Source of the DNA: Pavona decussata
Taxonomy: Eukaryota
Direction: 5' to 3'
NCBI GenBank assembly: GCA_977016875.1
Contig: CDRNST010000273.1
Location: 2,976,001 to 3,040,000 of the forward strand
DNA: 64,000 nt
The notes beneath the pieces are model-generated. The model did no database searches. It saw only the letters and a list, made by a program, of their open reading frames with translations, and was not told the origin of the DNA. Positions 63,186 to 64,000 of this stretch are shown here, one piece after another (position 1 is the first letter of the stretch; each line of letters begins with the position of its first letter). The translations under genes and the position numbers were made by a program.

Positions 63186-63562
63186 GGTAAAAGTCAAAAA
63201 CTACAGGTACATGTACATGTATGACTATGCCTCGTTCTTTTGCGTGAGACCACACGATTACGGTTATTTCACGAAAATTACGAACCATCGTTTGAAAACG
63301 CTCGGGAAGGGAGGCCAACTAAAATGGAGTTTGAATTATGTCCAGTCAACTATATCACGATGAAGCGGCGGTTAAAGCACCTGACATTTTGCTGACAACT
63401 TGTAAAGCACAATAAAACTTCGACAGCATAAACACAATTTCAGTTTGTAATATTCAGCCTTTATTAACAAAACAGCAAATGACTTCAAACCCTCATGCTG
63501 GCCTTCAATTTTGTAAGACAGTCAAAGTCATTTCAAAGCCACTGGTGTAAGTTATTAACTGT

Positions 63563-64000
63563 GGGGAGCCTCGGGGGAATAGCATGGAGTAAGACGTGCC
63601 GTGCTGAGCTCCGCAAAAGTTTTGATTTTAACTCAAACTGTCTAAAATTTTGTTGCCTTTGATTACTATGCTTCATGTCAGGAAGTCGTCTTCGATCTGG
63701 AAAAATCTTAGCGCCTGAAGGAAGCAGTAAGCAGCAAAACCTCTCGGAGAAGAAAGCTGTAAACATTAGCGAGTCGAACATGGCCAGTGCCAAAGTACTC
63801 GAAGAACTGAAATCGATGAGACTTGACCTCACAGGTCAAATAACCAAACTTAGTGATGATTTAAAGGACTTCCAAAGAAACACAAACGAAAGGCTGCAAA
63901 AAATTGAAAGCGTCATGTTCAAAGTTGACGAAATAGATGGTTTGAAGACCAAGCAACAGCAACTAGAAGCCGATGTCGACAACATGAAGGAATCCTTGAA
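63563..64000 (+). mobile_element. 5' end of an L1-like LINE; ORF1 from ATG 63675 open to the window edge
   Basis: GC-rich leader ...AAGACGTG...GAGCTCC; uninterrupted coiled-coil ORF MSGSRLRSGK...LEELKSMR...LEADVDNMKESL. Confidence 0.7.

Overview
Eukaryotic, AT-rich, intron-containing DNA. Its repeat families look cnidarian, most likely a stony coral (inference from recognised repeats, not a search). I found no intact host gene; the window is a nested transposon graveyard. Retroelements: several Gypsy remnants, a DIRS, a full-length BEL/Pao (two LTRs, 5-bp TSD), CR1/L2-group and L1 LINE pieces, two Penelope 3' ends and a tRNA SINE. DNA transposons: two Harbinger, one hAT, a structurally complete ISL2EU, and MITEs with TTAA, TA, CAG and 9-bp TSDs. 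Removing the younger insertions exposes an older layer of spliced, decayed genes: an IS3-like integrase, a P-element-like DDE transposase facing a HIRAN gene (split in frame by the BEL) and an intron-retaining EXO1 copy, a RING-like finger fused to a herpesvirus-type cysteine peptidase, and a HECT exon. The best candidate for an undescribed system is a large DNA transposon carrying captured DNA-repair (EXO1/HIRAN) and possibly ubiquitin-pathway cargo. A second candidate is a ~260-bp repeat with an internal tRNA and Penelope-like architecture. All family calls rest on manual translation and motif recognition.
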